From NCBI RefSeq assembly GCF_006345805.1, contig NC_042997.1, positions 199,640,001 through 199,704,000 of the forward strand: a DNA stretch of 64,000 nucleotides. The letters run 5' to 3'. This DNA is from Octopus sinensis. Lineage: Eukaryota. A model generated the notes under the pieces. That model saw only the letters and a list, made by a program, of their open reading frames with translations. It was not told the origin of the DNA and did no database searches. The position numbers and the translations under genes are program-made. Below, piece after piece: positions 13,375-25,060 of this stretch. Every line of letters starts with the position of its first letter. The stretch's first letter is position 1.

Positions 13375-13767
13375 TTGCGGAGGTGCAATGGCCCAGTGGT
13401 TAGGGCAGCGGACTCGCGGTCATAGGATCGCGGTTTCGATTCCCAGACCGGGCGCTGTGAGTGTTTATTGAGCGAAAACACCTAAAAGCTCCACGAGACT
13501 CTGGCAGAGGATGGTGGTGATCCCTGCTGTACTCTTTCACCACAACTTTCTCTCACTCTTACTTCCTGTTTCTGTTGTACCTGTATTTCAAAGGGCCGGC
13601 CTTGTCACTCTCTGTGTCACGCTGAATATCCCCGAGAACTATGTTAACGGTACACGTGTCTGTGGAGTGCTCAGCCACTTACACGTTAATTTCACGAGCA
13701 GGCTGTTCCGTTGATTCGGATCAACCGGAACCCTCGTCGTCGTAACCAATGGAGTGCTTCCATTTCC
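13375..13767 (+). mobile_element. Young tRNA-derived SINE family D with 10-bp TSD
   Basis: A box TGGCCCAGTGG, B box GTTTCGATTCCC; TSD ATCATTTATG at 13365-13374 and 13768-13777; related pieces at 54845-54960 (+) and 56610-56860 (-). Confidence 0.9.
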
Positions 13768-15270
13768 ATCATTTATGCTGCATATTTCTGGAGTTTTTTG
13801 GGGTTTTTTTCAACCTAATTTTTCTAATTATTTAGTGAATATTTTTATTTTGTGGATATTAGGGATGTGTTGTCTGCATATTTAATACCTGTGAAGTGGG
13901 CTTCACTGAATACCAAGTTCTTATCTATGTTTGGAGTAGCTATGGTAGCAGACAGAAAATTTGTATCAAATTCTTTAACAGTTACTTAAAGGTAATAATT
14001 AGTGTCTCCTTCAATACTACAGATGAAACGTGAACCATTTTCCAAATCTATGTCCCAAACTGAAGCTACAATGGCAAAGTGTCTTTGATGCCTTGAAACA
14101 ACTCTCATGTTATCATTTGAGATTTCACTGCTAAAGAAAGAGAAGACTGAAGTAAGAACTGACTAAATATTACAGAAAAATAAGGACTCACAAAACCAAA
14201 TGAGTAAAGCTAACTAGGGTAGTCCTGATCCAGAAATTGTGTCACGCTAATAAACACTGTTCCATTGCTATACACGGATCTCGCTATCAACCATACTCTC
14301 AATCAAAGAGGCTAGCATTATTCATGAAAAACAGAAGCAAAGCATACCATTCAAGTAAGTTCTGATCATTTTCTCCTCCAGGCAAACTTTGCAATAAAAA
14401 AAAAAAAAAAAACGTGCAAAAACAATAGTATATGAAAAAGAAATGCCTAAAAATAATCTGGCTGTGACATTTGAAATACAGACTGGAGGTACTTTCACAC
14501 CTTTGCTACAGCTTGAAACAGACAATGGATGAAGTATGTGTCTTACAGAAAAATAAACAATATTACAGAAAAAACCCATTGGCTAGAGAAGAAAGGTGAA
14601 ATGCCAAAATAGGAATGTTAAATATCCCTGTCAATGTTATTAAAGCATCTGATACAGAGAACTAAATGATGTAGTCAAATAACAGTAAAAGAATGCAAAG
14701 AACAAGAACATATAATATATAAGAATTACTGGAAGCTGACCTCAGAATAATAATAGTCACAACCTGTTCATTGCAATGCATAAAAATAGAGAGGAAGAAC
14801 ATAACAATAGTACAAGAAAACATAAAAACAGTAACTTAAATAGAAGCACAGCTGAGGCATTTCAATGCCAGAAAGATAATTTGGAACATTATTTTTGAAT
14901 GACATAGCTGTGTGGTTAAGAAGTTTGCTTCTCAACTTCATGGTTTTGAGTTCGGTTCTGCTACATGTCACCTTGGGCAACCGTCTTCTATTTTTGCACT
15001 GAATTTGTGAGTAGATTTGGTAGATGGAAACTGAAAGAAGGTTGGTGCATGTGCGTGTAAATATATGAAGAGATATACACAAACACATATAAATACATGT
15101 GATGAACTCAGCCATATAAGAGCCTTCAAACCAACCAGTGTTGGATTAGCTATTAAACAAAATAGCAAAAACAGCAGATGCTTAGGGCATCAAGGGAAGG
15201 ATGGCGAGACAGAAATGGTAAATAGTTCATGATACAAAAGAAATGACTTTAAACTTGCTAAAATAATATT

Positions 15271-16035
15271 CAGGGTGCCTTATCTCTACTAAGTATAGAC
15301 ACAGATGTGTGACAAGATTAATTTTGAGGATCTGATCAAAGACTTTGCAATTAAAAAAGTAGAAAACTTTTCAAATATAAATAAGGTGAATGGCATTCAG
15401 CCATAGAAACCATGCCAAATCAGACTGGAACCTGGTGCAGCTCTCCAGCTTACCAGTTCCCAGTTAAACTGTCTAACCCATGCCAACATGGAAAGCAGAT
15501 GTTAAGTGATGATGATTAGGAAGTATACAAAAATAAACATTATTTTCCATCTTACAGTTAGTTTTGTTTCTTTTTGAAAAATAAAAATTTATTTTATGGT
15601 TAATTATTGTTTATATTTTGAATTACATATATATATATCATCATCATCATCATCATTTAACGTACGCTTTCCATGCTAGCATGGGTTGGACGATTTGACT
15701 GAGGTCTGGCGAACCAGACTCCAATCTGATCTGGCAGAGTTTATACAGCTGGATGCTCTTCCTAATGCCAACCACTCTGAGAGTGTAGTGGGATTCTTTT
15801 ACGTTCCACCGGCACAAGGGCCAGTTTGGTGTTACTGGCAACAGCCATGCCCAAATGGTGCTTTTTATGTGCCACCTGCACAGGAGCTAGTCCAGTGGCA
15901 CTGGCGATGACCTCGCTCGAGTGTCTCACATGCCACCAGCACAAGTGCTAGTAAGGCGATGTGGTGCCCTATATATATAGGGCACCAAAATCTTTTTAAG
16001 TGCTTAGGGCCTCTATGGGTCTTAATCGAGCCTTG
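15271..16035 (+). mobile_element. hAT transposon 3' remnant interrupted by family C copies
   Basis: ALSLLSIDTDV then (frameshift) DKINFEDLIKDFAIKKV, like hAT dimerisation C-termini; right end CTTAATCGAGCCTTG resembles a CAGGGCCGGATTAAG-type TIR. Confidence 0.6.
15638..15960 (-). mobile_element. SINE-like family C with (GAT)n tail
   Basis: (CAT)n-TTAACGTACGCTTTCCATGCTAGCATGGGTTGG...GGATGCTCTTCCTAATGCCAACCAC; many copies in window. Confidence 0.85.
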
Positions 16036-16562
16036 CTTCAAACCTGACACAATATTGCTAGCAGTGCAGCAGCAACTCATCACTCAGCAGTATCTTGTTA
16101 TGTATGTGTGGGATAAATCTAAATCCACAACACACAAGGCCAGTATTCACTGTATTTCTGATCAGAACAATTTACTCTATATTGCTTCAGTTCACTTAAC
16201 TGTTGGAAATATTGTTCAGCTACACATTACAGATCAATACAGTTTGGCTTCGGACTACACACACACACACACACTCTTTCTCTCTCTCTCACTCCCTCTC
16301 GTTCACTCCCTCTCCATCACTCATATCATTGTGAACTTTCTCGCAGTCAAATAAAACAACTCTTTTGTTGTGGATGTTTGTGCTTGATGTGTTTAATGTG
16401 AGGTGAAATGTTGCACACCAAATATCACATCAACATTTCATTATTTTCACTTTATTCATTTCTACATTCATAAATACTTTATTCAATATTTCACTTTCTA
16501 AACAAAACCATTTCTTACTGTATAAAAAAAAAATATTTAGAAATAACACACTCACACAATAC

Positions 16563-16582
16563 CTCTCTCTCTCTCTCTCTCT

Positions 16583-16626
<44 letters not shown>
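16563..16626. repeat. (CT)n(TA)n compound microsatellite
   Basis: Seen directly. Confidence 0.95.
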
Positions 16627-16729
16627 AATATTTATTAATGTTTGTTTTTATGTTGAGTTATAATAAAAACAATTTCACATTAAGCTAAGGAATTACTCAA
16701 TATTTTTTTGTAAAGTACATATATATATA

Positions 16730-16844
16730 ATACTTTTACAAGAAGTGGGGTGATAGTGACTTCGAAGTTTCAGCCAACTAGCTTTCGTGAGACCAGTCTG
16801 ATGAAACATTGAAATCCCTGTCACCTCTCTTCTTGTAAAAGTAT
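16730..16844. mobile_element. Mini fold-back element with two degenerate hammerhead ribozymes
   Basis: Arms ATACTTTTACAAGAAG.. / ..CTTCTTGTAAAAGTAT; minus strand reads TGGT CTCACGA A AGCT AGTT GGCT GAAAC TTCGAA GTC ACTA; second copy at 18989-19098. Confidence 0.75.
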
Positions 16845-16857
16845 AATATATATACAT

Positions 16858-17710
16858 AGGCTCAAGTATGGCTGAGTGGTGAGAAGTTTACTTCCCAACC
16901 ACATGGTTCTGGGTTCAGTTCCATTGCATGGCACCTTGGGCAAGTGGCTTCTACTATGGCCTTGGGCCAACCAAAGCTTTGTGAGTGGATTTGATAGACT
17001 GGAAACTGAAAGAAGTCTACATATATGTATCATCATCATTATTTAATGTCTGCTTTCCATGCTGGCATATGTTGGACCGTTTGACTGAGGACTGGCAAGC
17101 CAGAAGGCTGCATCAGGCACCAGTCTGATCTGGGAAGATTTCTACAGCTGGATGCCCTTCCTAACACCAACCGCTCTAAGAGTGTAGTAGGTGCTTATTA
17201 CGTGCCACCAGCATGGGACCCAGTCAGACAGCACTGGCATCAACCACGCTCAAATGGTGCTTTTTACATGCCACCAGTATGGGTACCAGCCTGGCAGCAC
17301 TATCATCAGTCACAACAATGATTTCACTAGACTCAACAGGTTTTCTCAAGCACAGTATATCTCCAAAGGTCTCAGTCGCTTGTCATTGCCTCTGTGAGGC
17401 CCAATATTCAGTGGTCATGCTTCACCACCTTATCCCATATATATATTACACACATGTATATATATGTACATATATGAGTGTGTGTGAATGTATCTTTATG
17501 TCTGTATTTGTCCCCCCCACCACCACCACTGCTGCTTGAAAACCAGGGTTGGTATGTTTACATTCCTGTAACTTAGTGGTTCAGTAAAAGAGACTAATAG
17601 AATAAGTACCAAGCTTAAAAAGAAATAAGTCCTGGGTCAACTTATTCAACTAAAATTGTTCCAGGTGGCGCCCTGGCATGGATGCAGTCTAATGAATGAA
17701 ACAAGTGAAG
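16858..17710 (+). mobile_element. SINE family B with a nested family C copy (17030-17435, minus) in its microsatellite
   Basis: Head 16858-17025 and tail 17480-17710 separated by family C sequence. Confidence 0.8.
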
Positions 17711-17963
17711 GATATTCTCTCTCTCTCTCTCTCTAAGGCACACACATACATACACACATTTGGGTACATACTCTTTTACTCGTTTCAGTCATTTGACTGC
17801 GGCCATGCTGGAGCACCGCCTTTAGTCGAGCAAATCGACCCCGGGACTTATTCTTTGTAAGCCCAGTACTTATTCTATCGGTCTCTTTTGCTGAACCGCT
17901 AAGTGACGGGGACGTAAACACACCAGCATCGGTTGTCAAGTAATGCTAGGGTGACAAACGCAG

Positions 17964-17994
<31 letters not shown>

Positions 17995-18052
17995 ACATTA
18001 TTGGTGAATTGAAGAAATGGAGCTGAACGCAGATTGAACAGAAATCGTTTTA

Positions 18053-18141
18053 TTTCATTCTACACGTGTTTCGAAAGGCACAAATTACCAAAATCCGATT
18101 GAATAATGGGACCATATTGTGTCTTTCTCTTCAGGAAGAAA
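18053..18141 (-). ncRNA. Type I hammerhead ribozyme, intact core
   Basis: Minus strand: TTTCTTC-CTGAAGA-GAAAGACACAA..TTGTGCCTTTC-GAAA-C-ACGT-G-TA-GAATGAAA; stems I, II and III pair; GUA triplet; predicted cut between 18061 and 18060. Confidence 0.85.
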
Positions 18142-18311
18142 AAGGAAATCCGTTGGAAAAACAAAAACAGAACAGAGGCAGAGCAAAAAACAAATCGAAC
18201 TGTGCTCCTAAGAGCCCATGGCGAAACTCGCCATGGGCTCTTAGGAGCACAGTTCGATTTGTTTTTTGCTCTGCCTCTGTTCTGTTTTTGTTTTTCCAAC
18301 GGATTTCCTTT

Positions 18312-18399
18312 TTTCTTCCTGAAGAGAAAGACACAATATGGTCCCATTATTCAATCGGATTTTGGTAATTGTGCCTTTCAAAACACGTGTAGAATGAAA
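18312..18399 (+). ncRNA. Hammerhead ribozyme copy with G12->A core mutation (predicted inactive)
   Basis: CTGAAGA at 18319-18325; GAAA replaced by AAAA at 18380-18383; AATAAA immediately downstream. Confidence 0.75.
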
Positions 18400-18608
18400 T
18401 AAAACGATTTCTGTTCAATCTGCGTTCAGCTCCATTTCTTCAATTCACCAATAATGTTTTAATTTCAATTATCCGCACCAACGCACGGTTGCAACGCCAG
18501 ATGGTTGTACCTCCAACCGTGCTGTTCACTGCTGTGATTTTTGCTACTAAGGTATCGGTTAAACTTTTGATTAATCTACTACAAGATTATTCATCTTTCT
18601 ATTTCACA

Positions 18609-18613
<5 letters not shown>

Positions 18614-18660
<47 letters not shown>

Positions 18661-18666
18661 TATATA
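18614..18666. repeat. (TA)n microsatellite
   Basis: Seen directly. Confidence 0.95.
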
Positions 18667-18988
18667 CGACAGGCTTCTTTCAGTTTCCGTTTACCAAATC
18701 CACTCACAAGGCATTGGTCGGCCCGGGGCTATAGTAGAAGACACTTGCCCAAGATGCCACGCAGTGGGACTGAACCCGGAACCATGTGGTTGGTTAACAA
18801 GCTACTTACCACACAGAAATTACAAAATTAAGTAGTACATTTTCCAAACATACAGTTGTGAGTTCAGTCCCACTGTGTGACACTTTATGGAAGCTCTTTC
18901 CCCTATAGCCCTGAACCAATCAATGACTTGTGAGAGAATATGGTAGACATTAACTGAAAGAAACCTGGTGTGTGTGTGTGGGTGTATT

Positions 18989-19098
18989 ATACTTTTACAA
19001 GAGGGATAACAGTAACTTCAAAGTTTTAGTCTGCTATTTTTCATTAGACAGTATGAAAGAGGCTAGCAGGCCAAAACACTAAAGTCACTGTCACCCTT
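18989..19098. mobile_element. Second, more decayed copy of the mini fold-back HHR element
   Basis: ATACTTTTACAAGAGGGATAACAGTAACTTCAAAGTTT..AAACACTAAAGTCACTGTCACCC aligns to 16730-16844. Confidence 0.65.
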
Positions 19099-19551
19099 CA
19101 TCATCAACATCATAATTTAATGTTGATCTTCTATGCATGCATGGGTAGAATGGTTGACAGGAGCTGGCCAGGAAGACAATCTACTCAAGGCTACTGTGTC
19201 TGTTTTTGCAGGGATTTTATAGCTGGATGCCCTTCCTAACACCAACCACTCAGCAGAGAGGACTGAATAATTTTTTTTTATGTGGCACTAGCACAGGTGA
19301 AGTTTTGGCAAGATTTTTACGGCTGGATGTCCTTCCAGATGTCAACAAAGTTGGTTACCTAGTCAGAAAAAAGCAAGAGGAGAGAGAGAATGGCCAAAGG
19401 GAAAGAGAGAGAAAGTAGGAACCTTTCTTATAAATGTATAATAAATATGAACTCTACAAAAAACATATTGAATATTCCTTCAGTTTAATATTACATTGCT
19501 CCTATCATGTAATTCGACATATATATAAACAGAACACAAATGGGGTTTAAA

Positions 19552-19634
19552 ATTCACAACAGCTGTTTCAGTAGTATTTTATTGGTACATTCTTAGATTC
19601 AATCATGGCATAAATCTGCCATCATCAAGTAAAT
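19552..19634 (-). ncRNA. Degenerate solo hammerhead ribozyme
   Basis: Minus strand: ATTTAC-TTGATGA-TGGCAG..CTACT-GAAAC-AGCT-GTT-GTGAAT; 6-bp stem I; C3->T. Confidence 0.55.
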
Positions 19635-20593
19635 ATTAAACACACAAACAGGTATGGTAGAAACAGAAGATGACCAGTGCACCACTACCTTAGTGAAACA
19701 AGCATACTTTATTTATATATATATATAAACGAAAGTATGTATGAGTATATAAATGTATATGAGTAAGTATGCATGTGGAGATGTGTGTTTGTGAGACTGC
19801 TTACAAAAGAACTATGTAGAGCTACAAGTATAGACCGTTTGCAGCTCACCTACAAATGGTAAAGTCATCATTTGCAGATGTAGTGCAACTGGTGAAATTT
19901 GTCAATATTTTTTGTCAACAAAATCACCTACAATCACTTCACCACTCTTGTAGGTATGAGCTGGCAACAGAAAATGCTTCCAGCCAAAAATATTTCGCAT
20001 CAATACTTACTTCTACCTGAGACATATTAGCATGGAAAACAGATGCTAAAGAAAATAAGCAAAATATAAGTGTGTGTATTGTCATCATCATCATTTAGTA
20101 TCTGTTTCCCATGCTGCCATGGGTTGTATACCTATAATAATAGCAATATAAATGTAAGTCAATTTCTCCATTCATGTTTTACATCATATAGTGAGGAAGG
20201 AAGAGAAAGTATAAAAGAGAGACACAGGGTTAACATTAAGACATGCAGGATGAATGCACTACATAGGCTTAGTGACAGGCAATGAGTAAAGAAACACACA
20301 CAGTAAGAGAGAAAGAAGCATAGTCTGAAGAAAGAAAGGAGGAGTAGGAGTAAATGGCAGTAGTTATAGGAAGAGTTAGACAAATGAGAGGTTTGTTTTA
20401 CTTAATTGATTCTAAGGTAATTTAGTATTCATTTCATCATTTTGCATAAGTACAAAGAAATTTGATGGAAGCTAAATAGTAATTGTTGTACGGGTGCCAT
20501 ATTTTCTGACATTATTCAGGTTTAGGGGTCAAAAGTATACTTCAAAAATTACATGACATATGACAGGTAACATTCTAGTCTACACACACACAG

Positions 20594-20626
<33 letters not shown>

Positions 20627-20769
20627 TATTTTTAAAACTTTTTACAGTTATAAGACTGAAAGATTTTAGACAAACAAATTGACCCTAGGAACTTTTTTTT
20701 ATAAGACCCTTGCTCACGGTGTGGCTGAACCCAAAAATGTGGTTGGGAAGCAAGCTTCTTAACACACCG

Positions 20770-20818
<49 letters not shown>

Positions 20819-21689
20819 ATGATATATATATATATATAGTAACAAATGTTATGGCCATATGTTTAATACAAATGTTTTTAGTTCAGTGTGAAAATAAACG
20901 CTGGCTTCTTTGCAACCAGAGCAAAGGAGCAAATCAATAAATAATCAATTGCTTTTAACTTTCATTAAAGTCATCACCAGAATTCATTTGAAAGAGAGAA
21001 GAGAAATACTGCAAAAAAGAGATACTGAAAATTAATGATCAAATTTTTCTAAATGGCGCTACATATGGGCTACAACTAAACATCTCTGACTAAGGCAGAC
21101 CATGTAGCCCTCAGTCAAGTCTTATTGCATGGCCTAAGAATGAAGCAGAACCATGTACGCACAAAATATATTCAGTCCAGCCAGCCTTATGAGTGTGTGT
21201 GTGTGTGTGTTTATATACATCTGTGTTTGTGTGTGTTTTTGTGTAGCCTTGTCTTGACACCATGTGGTGGTTGCAAAAGAGGGTCACTGCTATACAAGTG
21301 ATATAGATTCCAGTTATCTGCAAAAAAGCATGTTTGGCTATGGGGAAATATTACCTTGCTTGGAAACAGGCATAGGTTGGTAACATGAAGAGCATCCAGC
21401 CATAAAAAATCTGCCTCAACAAACTCCATCTAACTAACAAAGTCATCATCATCATCATCATTTGATATCCATGTTCCATACTGGTACGGAGCTGAACAGT
21501 TTAACAAGATCCAGTGGGTCCAATGACTGCATTGTACTCTAGTATCTGGTTTAGCATGGTCTCCATGGATGGATGCCTTTTGTAATGCCAACCACTTTAC
21601 AGAATATATTGGATTCTTTTTTTTACATGAGACTAGCATTAGTGAGATTGCTATCTAACTTGAAGACTAAAATCACCATCAACTAGGAG

Positions 21690-23380
21690 GGGAGGCAACT
21701 TTATGCTGGGAAAAGAGGGGTTAAATATGAGAAATGAAGCCAGAGTAGAACAGGGTTTTTCACTGTAGAGGAATTACATGGCTTAACACATTAAAGAAAA
21801 GAAGATGGGATCAACTGGGGTGGAGCTGGAAAGAGACAAATAGTGATAATCAGATATCAGGGAGAAACCTCAAGATATAGGTAAGAAGAAGTGAGTTGGG
21901 GCATGATAATGTGGAACATATGGTGAATGAGATGGTTGAAGATAAGGAATGGATGAGGGGGTAGTGAATATAATGAATAACAAGTGTTGAGGAATGATGA
22001 GTAGGCAAGATAGGTAAGAGAGATTGGGTAGGGTTGAGGAATAGAAGTAGTGACTGGTGGATAGGTGAAGCAGAATGACCAATGAAACATAAGGGTTGAG
22101 AGGAGGTAAGGGAGAGTAGGAAATGACTGACAGTGCAGGAAGAAAAAAAGAGACTTGAAGCGCAACAGAATTGTAATAATGATACAGCAGACAGGGGAAA
22201 GATAAAAAAGAGAGAGAGAGGATGGGAGTATGATGTGGTTGAGTAGGTTACAAAAGTTGGGAAGAAATGTATTATGATGGAGAAGGAGACATACTTTAAA
22301 GATTCAGGATGGTGAGCAATGTAAAACATGAGTAGAGAGTATGGTATCAACAATGAAGGATGGATGTCAAGTGAAATGATTCTGAGCAGTGAGAAAGATA
22401 AGTGATATCAAGGGAAAGTGGACAGAGTAGGCAGTTCCTCAAGCATTTAATTACAGTAGTAGAATACTTATTTCTTTACTACCCACAAGGGGCTAAACAC
22501 AAGGAGGACAAACAAGGACAGACAAACGGATTAAGCCGATTATATCGACCCCAATGCCTAACTGGTACTTATTTAATCGACCCCGAAAGGATGAAAGGCA
22601 AAGTCGACCTCCATGGAATTTGAACTCAGAATGTAATGGCAGACAATATACGGCTATGCATTTTGCCCGGCATGCTAACATTTCTGCCAGCTCATTGCCT
22701 TCCATTGCAGTAGTAGAATACTGTAATTAGAGAAATGATGGGTGATGAGGATTTCTTAAGGAGAAAATTGAGTGAGGGGCACAATGATGCATACATATAT
22801 TGTACTTCTAGAATATTAGATTTATTGAAACAGGGAGGTCTTCTCAAGAACTGCATAACGCCTGTCACCTCTGTTTTTTTATTATCTCTTCCATGAGGTC
22901 CAAGGTCCTGGGATCAGCCTTTACCACTTTATATCATGTATACAAGCTCCACCCCCATTAAGCAACTGGTACTTCTTCATACAGCTGTCATCATCATTAA
23001 ACATCAGATGCCCATGCAGAACAGCTTTCTCTTTTGCACACTACACACAATTCCTTTTATGGCCAGGTTTTCTTTCAATACATTTCTACTTGCACACACT
23101 TACATTGTACATCAAGTGGACCATGATATTTTAAGTTTTTTGCTCTCCTCTCAAATCTTTGCATTCAAGGTCCTTTTCTCATGTCTCACTACTATGCAAC
23201 AACACAGTATTAACAGAAGCCTCAAACTATCTGCCCTTCACTCTGAGAAAAAAGAAAGACCTTTGTTGCCATAGAAGTAGTAGTTCCCTAAACTTTTCCT
23301 AATTTGTTCTTAACTTGGCTACTTTACTTTCAAGTAACCACCTAGAATATCATCTCTTAATACTCTAGAAGTTATGTCTT
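21690..23380 (-). mobile_element. Decayed RTE-like LINE 3' end plus long pyrimidine-rich downstream segment
   Basis: 22930-23380 resembles 200-650; 21690-22790 is purine-rich on +, mirroring 40590-41050, which follows the + strand copy. Confidence 0.5.
22469..22707 (-). mobile_element. SINE family A with 15-bp TSD
   Basis: TSD CAGTAGTAGAATACT at 22454-22468 and 22708-22722. Confidence 0.92.
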
Positions 23381-23624
23381 GGGAAGGTCCACACAATTCC
23401 TCTGTGTGTGTGTGTGTGTGTGTGGGGGGGTGTTATAATTGGCATAATGACCTTCCCAAGATGCACCAAGATTTGTTTCAATGCACGAATTCACATCGAG
23501 AATCTTGCAAATCAAATACAAAATTTCCAGAAGTTCATTTTTCGTTTAACTCCACAAGACCAAACAGAATCTGAAGAAAAACCTGCAGTAAGTCCCTGGA
23601 GAGGTTTTAATAAAAATTATTGCC

Positions 23625-23800
23625 AGGGCATGGCTGTGTGATTAGGGAGCTTGCTTCCTAGCTACATGGTTTCGGGTTCAGTCCCACTGCGTGGCACTTT
23701 GGATAGGTGTCTTCCACTATAGCCTCAAGCCGACCGGAGCTTTGTGATTGAATATTCGGTAGGTGGAAGTTACTGCCGTGTGTGTATGTGTGCGTATAGC
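23625..23800 (+). mobile_element. SINE family B 5' half
   Basis: GGCATGGCTGTGTG..GGGTTCAGTCCCACTGCGTGGCAC. Confidence 0.8.
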
Positions 23801-23885
23801 TGCTCAGTGCCTCTCCAAAAGAGAGAGAGGGAATGTGACACATTAAAATTCACCAATTAGTGACTACTATTGTCAATGAAAGCAT

Positions 23886-23928
<43 letters not shown>

Positions 23929-24891
23929 GAAACATTGCTGTTAAATGTTAAAAATATCCAGGTTTCAACAGAACATTCACTCTTTAAACATTGACTTGTA
24001 CTATAAGCATTGTTCACTTATGCGCTGGTATCATTTTAAATCTTTGGCACAGATTTAAATAAACTTCTTTTAAAGGGTGACTTCTCTTCACACGTAATAT
24101 GTTGGATTGGTAAATAAATCAGACATACCAGCAAAAGTGTCATTCTTCTCGTTTGGTTTTGTTTAAAAAAACAAAACCACTAATAAATGTAAAAGAATTT
24201 CTTCATTTTATAGGTAATTATGCATCGATTTATTATTCAGTGAATGCAGAATACATTTGTCTTATTTGCAAATTTTGTTATGAATTTCCTTTGGTAAATA
24301 TGTTTGTGGAATATATTTTGTGTGTGCATAGATGTGCTTCATATATGTACTTATGTTGTTGTTTGTTTGTGTGTGTGCTTTAATTCTTGATTGTCTGTGT
24401 AAAAGCTAACCAAAGAAGGAGAAAGGAAAAGTAAACTTGAACATTGGCAGACACTAAGGAGCCTGTAGGTAGTAATCCTGGCATTAAAACTATCATAGTT
24501 CAACTGAGTACCAAGATACAGATAGCAAATTAAATGATTTCTTCTCTGACATAGCCACATTAAATAAGAATGATACAGTATGTATTTGCTGTAGAGAGCA
24601 AAAGCTAGTCTTTTGGGTAATATCATGAGACAGGGAAATACTCTGGCTACCAAAGTCTTAAGAGTTTAATGAAAACATTGTTTGTCTAGAAACAAACAAC
24701 AAACACAGTTTTAATCAGGAAGAGTCAAACTTCCTGAAACACAACAAGGATGGGGTTGATATTCATATTTAGATATTATACACAGACAAATATTTTGCTA
24801 CATAAACTCATAAATGTATACTCATAAATATATATAACATTCATAAACAGACACACATGTGCACACACATTACATACATACATACACACAC

Positions 24892-24892
<1 letters not shown>

Positions 24893-24949
<57 letters not shown>

Positions 24950-25060
24950 CGGGAAGCTTTATGAAAATAAACAAAAGACGAAGGCAGGTGGAAAACAAAC
25001 GAACAATTGTATTAGTATGGCGCTCAGGAAATATAAATAAAACAAGTCTTTAACGTTTCG

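Larger units (their letters stand above)
17994..18458. repeat. 465-bp near-perfect palindrome (231-bp arms, 3-nt loop AAC)
   Basis: Centre CCCATGGCGA-AAC-TCGCCATGGG at 18226; I see only two 1-nt indels and one substitution between arms. Confidence 0.97.
17770..18815 (-). mobile_element. Young SINE family B split by a ~620-bp insertion in its (TA)n tract
   Basis: Tail half 17770-17975 and head half 18665-18815, both CpG-intact, flank 17994-18613. Confidence 0.9.

Noticed and set aside
13377-13455. tRNA gene
   Set aside because: A and B boxes are present, but the sequence continues into a SINE body enclosed by a TSD; no convincing acceptor stem.
18205-18230. CCTAAGAGCCCATGGCGAAAC at the palindrome centre as a third hammerhead
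   Set aside because: CCTAAGA does not fit CUGANGA, and no stem I or III forms.
18060-18402. Four overlapping ORFs on both strands
   Set aside because: Mirror-image artefacts of the palindrome; the arms differ by frameshifts and show no protein motif.
19838-19966. Imperfect hairpin as a possible pre-miRNA
   Set aside because: Many bulges, and the right arm overlaps SINE-derived sequence.
21850-22353. Longest ORF (167 aa)
   Set aside because: Low-complexity S/L/F/H translation of a pyrimidine-rich strand that is naturally poor in stop codons.
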